Part shown: positions 12,529 to 24,210 of the stretch, piece by piece
Layout of the letters: each line of letters starts with the position of its first letter
Position numbering within the stretch: the stretch's first letter is position 1
Assembly: GCA_002104905.1 (NCBI GenBank)
Contig: MCFE01000336.1
Coordinates: 1-64,000, forward strand
Direction: 5' to 3'
From: Basidiobolus meristosporus CBS 931.73
Lineage: Eukaryota > Fungi > Basidiobolomycota
Length of the DNA stretch: 64,000 bases
Program-made: the position numbers and the translations under genes
Notes under the pieces: model-generated
The model's database searches: none
What the model saw: the letters and a program-made list of their open reading frames with translations, nothing else
Told to the model about the DNA's origin: nothing

Positions 12529-13512
12529 TCAAATTGATTTATTCAACAGCAATAGCCCTGTAAAGATTATGGTGGAACAGATGGCCGGGATGTGTGCAAA
12601 ATCTTGAATCACAACCAGTCTAGCCACTGTTTCAGAATCTCGCGAAGTGACACTAAATCGATAATTTGTGGTAGAGGCTGTGCTTGACATGGTCCCTTGT
12701 TTCCAAAAGATCTGTCCAACTAATTCCATGTCATTCATCGTGAAACATCTCAGAAATACGTTCTTTTCGTAGTCCCAGAAAAATCTTCGACCGTCGACCT
12801 CAAAGGGGTAGATGCCACGGTCGAATCGCGGAATCAGGAAATGGTATTTCAGCATCAGCAGCTTACTAGACACATTCAGAAACCCCAGAAGACGATTTTT
12901 TTTCGCTCGAAAGAGTTCCTCGTGGTCGTGGTAAAGAATTCTCCTCGTTCGCTGGTACCAATGGCGAACTGTTTTGAATACGTATGTCATATCCCCATCT
13001 TCGCTGGTGATCTGCAGAGTGTAGGGTGACTCTATACGCTCAATATTATATACATTCACGGGTAATGAGGATCGAGGACTGTAGTTTGTACGAATCGAAC
13101 CCTCCCTTGCTTTTCTGTTTCTTCTTTTTAAACTAATGGTATCTCTACTTGCGCTCGGGCTTTCTGGATAACTTTTACGAGAGTTGACGGAGTCATACTG
13201 TCCTTTTCTCAAGCTGCCGTAGCTATTTGGGCGCTGATACTCGGTGTGCGGTCTAGGGACCTGCCGTGATGCTTTCACGGAAGAGGACCCATCAACAGTA
13301 ACCTTGGTCGCCTTGGAGTGATTTGGGTGTAGATACTGTGAGGAGGTGCTGGTAGAAGTGGCTGGTGTACGAACTGAGAGACTAGAGCTACGGAGCGAGT
13401 TGGGCTGGCTTTTGTCTCGTTTCTGTGTGGGCACACTCGAACTGCGAGACGGTAAATGCTGGGCCGTGCCTTTTGACTGATCAGACGATTTAAATAAGTC
13501 AAGTCTAAACAT
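12529..13512 (-). CDS. Array paralog 5 (inverted) with a long Ser/Arg-rich N-terminal extension
   Basis: 327-aa ORF. The C-terminal half has NRLLGF, GIYPFEVDGRRFFWDYE..FLRCF..DMELVGQIFW and IIFTGLLLLNKSI. Confidence 0.8.
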   Translation of the reverse strand: MFRLDLFKSSDQSKGTAQHLPSRSSSVPTQKRDKSQPNSLRSSSLSVRTPATSTSTSSQYLHPNHSKATKVTVDGSSSVKASRQVPRPHTEYQRPNSYGSLRKGQYDSVNSRKSYPESPSASRDTISLKRRNRKAREGSIRTNYSPRSSLPVNVYNIERIESPYTLQITSEDGDMTYVFKTVRHWYQRTRRILYHDHEELFRAKKNRLLGFLNVSSKLLMLKYHFLIPRFDRGIYPFEVDGRRFFWDYEKNVFLRCFTMNDMELVGQIFWKQGTMSSTASTTNYRFSVTSRDSETVARLVVIQDFAHIPAICSTIIFTGLLLLNKSI

Positions 13513-16500
13513 TTCTAAAGTCTGTACACCGCAGTAGAGGACTTGCTCTAGTCAAACTATGGATGATTAAGGGGAAGTTTGTTGTGGCGTAGAAGAAGCG
13601 TGAGGGTCTAAGTTGTGTATTGGCTATGAAGAGTGGAGAGATCTCTATGTTAAAGGCGATTGCAAATAGCGAACCAAAGAAAGGTTACGGATTAATACTG
13701 ACGGGCTGTATTAAACTCTTGGTGTCAATTTATATAATCTGGCTGATGTTCACCAACGCTTATTTCTCTTTCACTGATTGAGGTACCCCTTAAAAACCCT
13801 GGAGAAACGGCCACAAGTTAACCGGGAATTAGACCAGCACTATGCCGAAATAGCACAATGGCCCTCCTCAAACGACAGGTCCTTGCTTTTCGTCTTAAAC
13901 TGGCTACGGATGGATAGAGGGGTCAGATTAAGTATGACCAGAATTGAATAGAGATTGAGGGGTCTTTTTGATGCACATTTAAACTAGGACACGGAACATT
14001 CCATATGCATTAAGAACACCTTAGATCATTAGCGATCGATGAATGAGCATGTTCATCACAAACAGGAGTGGGCGAAAGCAGTGACCGTTACACACCTTTT
14101 AAACTCAAATTGGGAGCAAGAGGTGAATTCGAACAAGTAGCACTTCGTACGAGTGTTTTCCATGTCAATGCCAAGTAGGTGTCTGGTCAAATGCCATCAT
14201 CGCCAGGATTTTACTGATGCGGATGAGCGGGTGGATGAAATCACCCTTCCACCGCCGCTCTTTCTGACTAAGACTTGTATGCATCACTTCCCGGTTTGAC
14301 ATGACAAAAGAGACGACTGCAAGCCGATGATGCACCTGACATACTGTGGAAATGGAAGGGGTATGATCATGCGGTGTTTACTTGCAAACCCGATATTTCA
14401 ACACAATGGAGCGTGACGCTGCCGGCTAATATTGTCGTTTAAGAATTCAATGATTGCATCGGCAATTGATGCCATTGCATATTGGTGCACAATACACCAT
14501 TTGAATTCGGTCCTTAGGTGGAGGTGGCATTAGGGCTTGTCCAATCATCCAAACCTTGACCAGAAGTCCATTTCACAGCAGCATCGAAATTCCCTTTTCA
14601 GCGACCTGTCCAGGATACTTGTTGGAACGGCATCGGCTCAACGGGCATGAATGAAACCTAACAATGAAAACATAATGCCTACAGATCCAGAACTGAATCA
14701 ATTATCACTTGCCGTACTGATGCTAAGCCACACCGTGATGGTTTAAGCTAACCTTAATACGGTTATGTATCTAATTTGAATGATGCAACACCAACGCAGC
14801 TCTTTAATTTTACTTCGGTCTGGCGGAACTCCTCTCTGAATTATCCATTTGAAATCATGTGTCAGTAATTCAAATTGGTAGCTAATTACTAGAAAAGTAT
14901 AACTTGGCTGATTGGCCGCGCTTTCTGTTTACACTAGTTAAATTGCGCATAGGGTCTGGAATTATACTTGGCACTCCTTCAGCAAGCATATCTAGAACCT
15001 TCCGCAAGCTCTTGGCCATATCACCGCGTAAAAAGCACGTATTTGATTCCGCACCACACATATCTTGGACATTACGGTATTGGTGTGAAGACTAGCATTA
15101 CATCAGGCATCCTCTCCGCCTCGCAAGGCTACCATTCAACAAGTGCAGCCCATCGGATCCGGAGAACTTGATCGCTCCCTGAAGCGCCTTTAACTCAGGT
15201 ATTCATCACTTCATGATCTGCTGTGAAATAAATCGCACCAATGCATCCATATTACTGCCAACTGATGTATCACTGCAGGTTATTTCCTGTCGCCGATTTG
15301 ATCTCTTCCATGATGCTCTTGATTGGAATGGACTAGAAGGTGGTGCAGCTGCTCCCATTCTACCCCTAAAAAGTCACCATGGTACAATTCCCAACAACCC
15401 TACATGAATGCAACATCCTCACAGGTATAACGCCATGAAATTAGAGTTGCTTGTTATTGTCAGACTGTGTCCACCACCTCCATGGATCGTTGCACCAAAC
15501 CTTCTTTCCCCAAGAATCGAAGGAGGATATGACATGAATACTGCTTGTGGCATAAGCCGCCGCCTGATGCATATACCACATTTTACTACCTATCGCCAAC
15601 TGGTATTGATTGCATTCTGCATCATTCCGATTCATTAGGCAATCACCCCGGCCTAAATCCAGGGAGCACCAAGCGCATTAGTTAAGAAATAAAGAATCCC
15701 AGTCGATCAATCCAAGCACTGGTGATCATTCTGATCTAGACTCAGAAGGATCACAACAGTTAACTCGCAATCAGTCTTAGCTTCACATTCAGTCAGGTTC
15801 GTTGGCCATTTATACAGGTCGCATGCGAAGTGGCAGTGTTGGAATTAGGCTGTAACTTTCAAGTTGGTCAAACATCTTCAAGGCTCTGTCTGCACAACCT
15901 TTGCCCAAGACTCAATCTCAGGAGCGCTAGTCGGGGCGGATTGTGGATGACAAGCCGACTTCAACCAAATACCCCACACTTCAGAGAGAGGCCGGTCTTT
16001 CTGTCAACTGACAGAGTTGAGTGTGGTCAGCTGGGCCGATCTGACACGGACTTAATATTGGGAGGGGAAGGCATTCAAATATGAAACATGATGTCGGCCC
16101 GAATCCATTTGGTTGGATGGCGGATATTCTTCCAGCATGGCGCCGGACTCCGATACGCGATCTGCTCCACCCTGGCGATTCAGGGCCACCCTTGATTACC
16201 ACATGGTCATATTCAATGATAGGAGGACTAATCAACTAGAACGTACATTTGGGTTTTCGATTTTCCATCAACCTTTATTAGTGCAAAATATCACATGGAT
16301 CGCTCGGAAGGAAATATCCGCAGTCGCGTCGATTTGTCAAAGCTCTAATCAGGGGACAAGGATGCTCGATGAATCCTCGCACCGATGATGTTCATGCCAC
16401 ATCAAACCATTAGCAGTCGACATGGATCAACCGTAGTCCCAATCCAGCAGACATTGCCTTCGCCCATCAAGATTCCCGCTGGATGCCCCCATTTGCTTGA

Positions 16501-16659
16501 ATGCGAAAAATCCATAGGCGAGTGGATTCTTTTCGAATAGCTATTTTAGTCCGTTTGGCATCCATATCCCACATCTCTTTCTTTGTTGTTCCGTCGTTTT
16601 TGAAATAGACAAGACACTAAGTTCCCCCCCACTTCTTACCAACGCGATTTTTCTCAAAT

Positions 16660-18292
16660 ATGGTTAACCCACTTCCAAGTGATCTTGCCGGTGAATGCAG
16701 GAAAGCCTCAAAGATCATCAACAGCTTCATTGGTAACCGACCTATCTTCGCTTCGGCGCAAGCAGCCCACTAATGTGTTATTTTCCCCTCTGGTAGATAC
16801 GTCCTCTAGTAAAGGACCCGATGCTATCATCCCCTCCAACATTCTAAACAATGCCAAAGGCTTGGCCATTTTCACAGTGATCAAGGCTGGATTCCTGTGG
16901 TCCGGTCGAGTTGGCACTGGTGTAGTGGTCGCCCGGTAAGAAACGGATAAAACTTTGCTGTCGTTTCTTCGTACTAAAGCTAATCTTCTTCATTTACGTC
17001 AGTCTGCCCGACGGAAGTTGGTCAGGGCCGTCGTGCATCGGTACCGGTGGTATGGTAGGGAATCTTTTGTGTATGTATATGGCTGGAGCTGATATTTACC
17101 ACGCGGTCACACTATCTACAGGGTTTCGGCGGTCAGGTCGGTGCCGAAGTTACGGATTTCGTTGTGATCTTGAATACCCTCGATGCTGTTAAGGCATTCA
17201 GCCACGGTGGAAATGTCACCTTGGGCGGCAATTTATCAGGTAGGGCATCGGACGTATTTTCCATGTTTCAAGCAAAACGATTTGTTAACGGGGTTTCAAG
17301 TTGCTGCTGGGCCTATCGGTCGTAACGCAGAGGCCGCTGGTACCGTCGGTAATCTAGCTGCCATCTACTCATACAGGTATGTGTTGATATTCAACCCATT
17401 AGCCTTGGCTCAGTGCGTATCTAACTACTACATTTTGCCACTCGAAGTAAAACAAAAGGGCTTTTTGCAGGTAATTGCTCTATATTATCTTTCGATATGC
17501 CTCAATCTGTAAACTCACCAGAGATTTATAGGCGTATCCATCGAGGGATCCGTTATCGTAGAAAGAAAAGACGCCAATGCCAAATTCTACGGACGTAGAA
17601 TCAGTGCTAAGGAGATTTTGAATGGTTCGGTTCCTGCTCCACCTGAAGCCGGGGTCTTGCTTCGTGCGCTTAATATCAAAGCCAACAGAAGTAGTTATGC
17701 CTCATATAGCCAGTCGGTAAACAACCCATACGAGTCGAACGGATCTGGATTGAATAGATCCATGTCAACCGCAACCAGCTCGATGGGCAGAAGCAACGGA
17801 TTGAACAGATCCATGTCAACCGCAACTAACTCAATGAGCAGAAATAATTACACTAGTGGCTACAACACCTCCAATTATTCAAACTCGCACGAATCCAAAC
17901 CCAACTATCTTGGTGAACGTAGGGAATTTGATTCGTACAAGCCGTCGGAACCGGCTACTGCGCCTCCATATTACTCTGATAGAGGCTATCAGAATGTTTC
18001 CACTTCCCCTGCTCAAGGAAGAGTAGTTCCACCACCCCCAACGAAAAGTGGTGAGCCCACTGCCACAGCTTTGTACAGCTTCGATGCCATTGAGTCGGGC
18101 GACTTACCATTCAAACAAGGTGACATCATCGTAATCCTGAAGAAGACCGAAAGCCAAAACGACTGGTGGAAGGGTAGATGCAATGGCCGTGAAGGCAACG
18201 TAAGTTTATCTACACGAACACAGCAGCCAAACCATCACTCTAACTCTAAATTTCCTTCTCAGTTCCCCGCGAACTATGTTAGAATCAACTAA
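16660..18292 (+). CDS. LSB3: Ysc84/Lsb3-family actin-bundling protein (SYLF/Ysc84 domain + C-terminal SH3), multi-exon
   Basis: Exons read MVNPLPSDLAGECRKASKIINSFI / AIIPSNILNNAKGLAIFTVIKAGFLWSGRVGTGVVVAR / AAGPIGRNAEAAG, and SH3 ALYSFDAIESGDLPFKQGDII..WWKGRCNGREGN|FPANYV. Intron 1 is 16733-16796 (GT..AG). Confidence 0.92.
17747..17848 (+). repeat. In-frame 51-nt tandem duplication in the LSB3 linker
   Basis: GLNRSMSTATSSMGRSN followed by GLNRSMSTATNSMSRNN; the nucleotide units are nearly identical. Confidence 0.9.
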
Positions 18293-18913
18293 ACCGACCA
18301 GCCTAGACGTAACCCATTATTGGTACTCCGCCCCACCCTCTACGAATATTTTGTCATACCACTACTGTTCACTTGAGTGAAGTGATTACACCTTCCAACG
18401 TGACCAACCAGCCCAATATTCCTTTTGTTGGGGTTTGTTCATAATGATAGATACTCAGTACATCGATTACGTGTGTAACTTGGATCCTCAAACAATAAAA
18501 TGATTCCAAACGAAGCACCGAAATAGATATTGCACATACAGCCGCAGCCATTGGTTGTTCATTCTTCACCAAAGAAGTGATGGGCCAAGATGGTTCCAGA
18601 ACGCATCATTCACTGGCATCTGGTCCAAACGGGTTAATCTGGCGTATTTCGTTTAGGAAAGAGATGCCGGGAGAAATATTCCACCAGACAGTCCATTCCG
18701 AGGGTTTGCCATCGTCCTTCATTCATTTACTGCTGAAGAAACGATCGCCTTCTGGCACACCAGCTTGTCACGAAATGGACCAATATAAGCCGGCCAACAG
18801 TCGGTTCAACTGAAATTCGAAATGGAATGTGGGCGTGGGTGTGATCGGAATTTTTATTCAGGTGGATCTCCAAAAGATGAAGTGTTGGATAACGGGGGCC
18901 AAGTGAGATACAC

Positions 18914-20252
18914 TTAAGCTCTGATAACTTGCCAGACACGGATTTCGTTGTCGGTGTATCCGGAGAACAAGGTGTTGCCGTCGGCGGACCAGGCAAGGGA
19001 GACACAGTAAGGGTCGTTGGATTTGCGACCAACACCAACGAACTCGGGGCGAAGTTCATCAACCACCGACTTGGACTCAAGATCCCAAATCTTGATGGAG
19101 GAGGTGGTGGCAGCACAGAGCCAGTATCTGTTGGGGCTGAAAGTCAAGCTGGTGACCTCATCTCCAGCTTCCAAGGAGTAAAGGTGCTTGCCTTCATTAA
19201 GATCCCACAACATCACGACTCCGTCCTTTCCGGCGGTGGCGCAGAGGGAACCGTCGGGAGAAATGGTGACGGTGTTGACATAACCGGTGTGGCCAATATG
19301 GTTGGTACGGATCTTGCACTTCGAGAGATCCCAGACCTACAGTGGAATGAAATTCAGGGTGAGTGTCGATGCGGAGGAAAGAGAGAAATGGGGCTTCCGG
19401 GGATAGGCGGGTGATCAGAAAATGGTGATTGTTTGTCTCATAGCAAGTTGCTCTGAAGTAGCAAATATATTCAAACATCATATACCCCCAAGGATCCTCG
19501 GTTAGCCCAGGAAACATACAAACCTTTACGAGCTTATCCCAACCACCGGAGACGATGACAGGGTTGGCAGGGTTGGGGGAGAATCTAACGCAAGAAACCC
19601 AGTCGCTGTGGCCGTTCTCAGTAAGGTTGTACTTGCACTCACCGAGGGTGTTCCACAGCTTGATGGACTTGTCACGACCACTGGAGACAATTTGACGGTT
19701 GTCAGCAGAGAAGGCAACGGACAAGACATCACCGGTATGACCGACGAATCTACGGGTGGTAACACCGGTGTTGAGGTCCCAAAGACGGAGAGTCTTATCC
19801 CAGGAAGCGGAAAGGGCGAATTGACCATCAGAAGAGATGGCAATGTCCTGAACGAAGTGGTTGTGGCCGCGGAGAGCCTTACGGGGAATACCGTAGTTGG
19901 ATTCATCGCGAGTGAGGTTCCAGATAATGATGGACTTGTCTAAGGATGGGCTTGGTCAGCAACCCGCATAAGCTTCCAGTCAACCACAAAACTTACCGCG
20001 AGATGCAGACACGACCAAATCAGGGTTCTCAGGGGAGGTTGCAATGGCAGTGACCCAGTTGGTATGACCTACAAACAGCTTGGCATAAGTTTACTTCCCA
20101 AATATCCGTAAAACATCCCCATCCATCCATTTCCAAATGTCATGGGAAACATCGAGGGCAACCATATGACCGCTCGTGAATCCACTCAAAAACGAGGGAA
20201 ACCTTGGGTTGAGATTACCTTGGAGAGTTCCACGCAAGATAAGGGAATCCAT
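18914..20252 (-). CDS. ASC1: RACK1 / G-beta-like WD40 ribosomal scaffold protein (Asc1/Cpc2), multi-exon
   Basis: [12 protein letters not shown]|[16 protein letters not shown]; [31 protein letters not shown]; [13 protein letters not shown]; [12 protein letters not shown]; [25 protein letters not shown]. Confidence 0.97.
19409..19487 (-). ncRNA. snR24: Intronic box C/D snoRNA, U24/snR24-like
   Basis: Lies in the ASC1 intron that follows ...GWDKLVK. The minus strand reads ATGATGT (box C, 19475-19481), TATTTGCTACTT-CAGA (guide + D'), ATGAGA (C'), ATCACCATTTT-CTGA (box D, 19415-19418), with a short GGGT/ACCC terminal stem. This matches the layout of yeast snR24, which is known to reside in the ASC1 intron. 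Confidence 0.88.
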
Positions 20253-20569
20253 TTTGTTGCAGTTACAACAGGTAGGTGAAAGGAAAGACACAAATGAGAA
20301 AAATTCATCTTTATAGGTCGAACTAGAAATCCCGACGGATACCGGGAATCGAATTCCCTATTCTGGAAATCAAGTTACTTTTTTTTATGCCAACTACTGT
20401 GCCGTCTGGGACGATTCCCAACTGCAGTGTTGGTTGAGGACAAGTGAGGTGGACTATATTGTAAACCAGGTGGAACCTTCCCGTTTATTTAAAGAAATCA
20501 TGCCGGAACACACTGAATGCTCGGTGAGGTATGGGATTTGGAGACTTCGCTCGACTGGTGCACACGAGT

Positions 20570-22096
20570 CTACTGACTCTTCGCTGCCTCCGCGGCTTTT
20601 TGGGCTTCACGCTCTCTCTTTCTGAGGGCGCGCTTACGAATGTCAATTTGCATGGCTATGGAGTCCACAAATTCCAAGTTAGACGCTTCTCGTTTGGATC
20701 TCTAACAAACTATTACACAACGTACCCAAATTTTTCATCACCCAAAAGCTCATGCTGAAAGTGTTGTCAATGAACCAGTTGGCAATCGCATGAGAGGGGA
20801 AAGGAGTGGAGGTGAATGGGGTAGAGGCACCGCCAGCAACACCAATGCGGGCAAGAACTGATGCAACGAAGGGCTTGGTTGAAGGAATGAAGAATGAGGG
20901 CCTACGGATCTTGGACATAGCAGTTGTCTACAAAACAATTAGAAGATAGGTTACTAAGGACAGCCCTGATATCACCAATAAGATACTCGAAATTTACCAC
21001 AAAGTAAGTGTTAATGTTCTCAACAACGATCCCCTTGGAGGCAACCTCTGCGCCAAGGGCCTGAGAGAAGGCGCAGGTGAATGCCTTGGTGGCTGAGTAA
21101 GTGGCAAGATAAGGAGTAGGGACGATGCCAGAGAAAGATCCCAAATTAAGGATGATACCGCGCTGGCTGTATAAAATGGTTATTTGGTTATTTCACCAGT
21201 GGGTTGATGCGGCGAAGTATACACACCGAGAAACCATTTCAGGCAGCACCATTCTAGTCATTTTCAAAGTACCGTTGATGTTGACCTCGACTATCTTGTT
21301 GATGACGTCTTCAGTTTCGATGGCAAATGGAGTTGGGAATTCATGGTTGGCGCCGACATTGTTGACTGTAGAAGGTATCCATCAAGGTAAGTAGGTGTCT
21401 ATGTTGGTCAAAGTGTCTTGAATATACCTAATACAGAAACCTCAAGAGACTCCAAAAAAGTTTTCAAGTCGGAGAAATCTTGAGGGGTTGCAGCAGTGAA
21501 GTCAAGGGGGAACACCTTGGTCTCAACTGAATACTGACTCTCTACAATAAGCCCCACGTTAGACCAAACTCAACAGTATCGAATCCAGAAACTAAATATT
21601 TACCAATCTCGGAGCTTAAAGTTTCGAGTTTGGACAAAGTACGAGAGATCAAAACAACGTTAAACTTCTTCTTGGCAAGTTGGAACGCAAATTCTTTCCC
21701 AATTCCGTCGGTACATCCGGTAACAACTGCAACAAGACTGAGAATCCCGAAAAAACATCAACCATAGTTAGTCCAATAACTTACTAGCCCAAGCACCTTT
21801 ACCAGCACCATACTGATCCAACTATAGGGTGGTGGAAGTCAATACAAGAAATATATAACCTGCATAAGCAAGCTCTCTTACGTTGATGCCCTTCCTGAAG
21901 TAAACATCGATGATTACTTTGGTGAAACTAAGAACGACTCTAAGCGCCCAAAGCCCTCCCAGAATCGTGCTGATGGGAACAACGACCGACAGAAGCGAGG
22001 AATCTGTAAGGAACAGGTGTAAATGGTAAAAACCAACAGAGTAAGAAAATTGCTATACGTACTTTGTACTGAACTGAAAAAACTTTCGAAAGCCAT
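20570..22096 (-). CDS. IFA38: Very-long-chain 3-oxoacyl-CoA reductase (SDR family), multi-exon
   Basis: N-terminal membrane segment, [39 protein letters not shown], catalytic YSATK, and C-terminal [13 protein letters not shown]. Confidence 0.9.
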
Positions 22097-22487
22097 CTTC
22101 GACTACACAAAGGTTCAGGAAGAGCCCTTTTTTTCAGAGCGGAATATTTAGTACATCGCTTGCGGGTCCGTTGTTCATGGGCTTTCAACGCATGGTTCAA
22201 TCGATTAGGAAATTATGCTGATCCCCGGAAGGAAATGGGAATGAATGTTCTCCCGATCCTTTCCTTCGAAATGCTATGATTGATTCATATCGCATTACAC
22301 TATCCCCATACGAATGATGCTCATCTTGAATGGATACTGGAAATGGAATTCAAATATATATGACACTACTGCTATTTATTTTAAATGAATATACACGTGT
22401 GATTGATAAATCTAATAATAAGTTAATGATTAGATGATATGCTGTAAGGGATGGTTCCATGTTGGAGTATTCGGTAATGAGTAGATC

Positions 22488-24210
22488 TTAAACACCCTGC
22501 ACCACCTGGGGGTATGTAAGTCGAACTTGCTCGAAGAGTTCCGGTTGAGATCTTCTAAGAGCATCGGGATCTTCGGCAAGACAAACAAAGGTGGTTGCTG
22601 TGCCGCTCTGTATCACTTCCCCGATTAGGGTGAACAGCGAAAATCCAACGATAAATCCGAAAAATACGAACACTGTTGTGAACGATGCGTTACCGTTGAT
22701 CTCGGATTTGAAGACTTGGATGAATACGTAGGTAATGATGGACGTGATAGTAGCTACCAACAATCCCCCCATGGTCAACACATTTCCGATCAAATTGTCG
22801 TTGATCATGGCATCAACACCACGATCTTGAATCAGAGTCCATGTATCCTTTGCTGCCTGGCAGTAGGGCTTTCCGTAGATAGCAATTTGGGTGTATGCGT
22901 AATGGTTGAAGTACGCAACCATTCCTTCAATACACGAGAGCAAACACTGGATACAGCAGGCAAGAAAGGCGCCAAAGCAGTTGTCGGAATCGCTCATAAG
23001 CTCACGAAGGATTGCTCGAACTGTTTTGAAAAGTGCAATGATGAGAGAGCCGAACGCTACACTACCAAAGGAGGTGGTGCAGGCGCGTTTCAAAGAAGAC
23101 GGAGTGGGGGAGTTCTCGGCCTGTGGAGTACCAAAGAAGAAATAGTATGATGCGAATGTGCCGGAAACGGTGACGTGAACAAGATCCTTCAAGAGCTGGG
23201 TGGTCCAGTACATGCTGAAGCAGCAGTAGACGAGGACGACGATAAGTTTGGCGGGAGGGGAGCAGCGTTGAACGCTGTAACCATTTTTGTCGATTACTGT
23301 CTTGCACATGTCGTTACCTCCAAAGTAATTATATGCGCCAGCAGTTGTAAAACTCCACCACACACTGTAGGCAAAGTGGACTAAAAGCCCGCAAATAGCT
23401 ACAATAGTTGCTCCGTAGTACTTTCGGGTCACATTGGAGACGGTCTTCATTATAAGACTGGAGAATGGGATACGCGTTCTCCACCAGAACCAGGCCACTA
23501 GGTACAAGACACCGAAAATAGCGAATACTGCAGTAAGGAAATATTGGCGTACAGTGGCGTAGTAAGCGGCGGCGGCAAAATATAGGATCACTGAGAAGAA
23601 GAATGACACTTTGATCAATGCTTCGGGAAATCTAAAGGAAGGTTAGTACGGATACAAGTGGACCTAAGAGATATAGAACGTACCTTTGCATCAGCATGAT
23701 GTAGCTTAACGAAAGAACGAAGCCGACTGCGCATACGATAAAGAGCAGCATTGCATTGTCCCAGGTAAACATTTCCTGGTTGTAGGATCCGTTTTTGTTC
23801 TCCGTTGTCTTGGTGATGGAACGCAAGGAGACCGCACTAATGCCAAGAAAGGCGATAATATGGAGCCAGAACAATATCGCTGCCCAAATATCTTGGTATC
23901 CTGTAGGGGGGACGAATTTGCTGTCCGCAGAGCGAGGAAGTTCGGAAGGTTCCTGATCGTATGCTGATGGATTTTTGGCAGGTGGTGGTGGTGGCGGCGG
24001 CGATTGTTGGTACTGGTTGGTTGGTGCATAGGGATTGGAATTCTCTAGCTGTGGTGGAGGATAGTATGGCTGTTGCTGTGGATGATAATACTGCTCCTGT
24101 GTAGAGTAATATTGCTGTTGTGGTGGTGGTGGCGGTGGTGGGTAGTATGGATTCTGGCCATACCCCTCACCGTAGTGATTGTCGGGTCTTTGGTTGTAGT
24201 ATTCAGACAT
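22488..24210 (-). CDS. PNS1: Pns1 / choline transporter-like (SLC44/CTL) plasma-membrane protein
   Basis: Pro/Gln/Tyr-rich N-terminus, YQDIWAAILF, SFGSVAFGSLII, YFNHYAYTQIAIYGKPYCQAAKDTW, AMINDNLIG, FVCLAEDP. One intron at about 23636-23690. Confidence 0.92.

Noticed and set aside
13600-16500. Several 60-90 aa ORFs between the array and LSB3
   Set aside because: No motifs and frequent stops in all frames; treated as intergenic.
20069-20218. Long first intron of ASC1 as a second snoRNA host
   Set aside because: No convincing box C/D pair or H/ACA layout seen.
20333-20370. GGGAATCGAATTCCC hairpin resembling a tRNA T-arm
   Set aside because: Lacks G53, and no D-arm, anticodon arm or acceptor stem can be built. 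It is a simple palindrome in the ASC1 upstream region.
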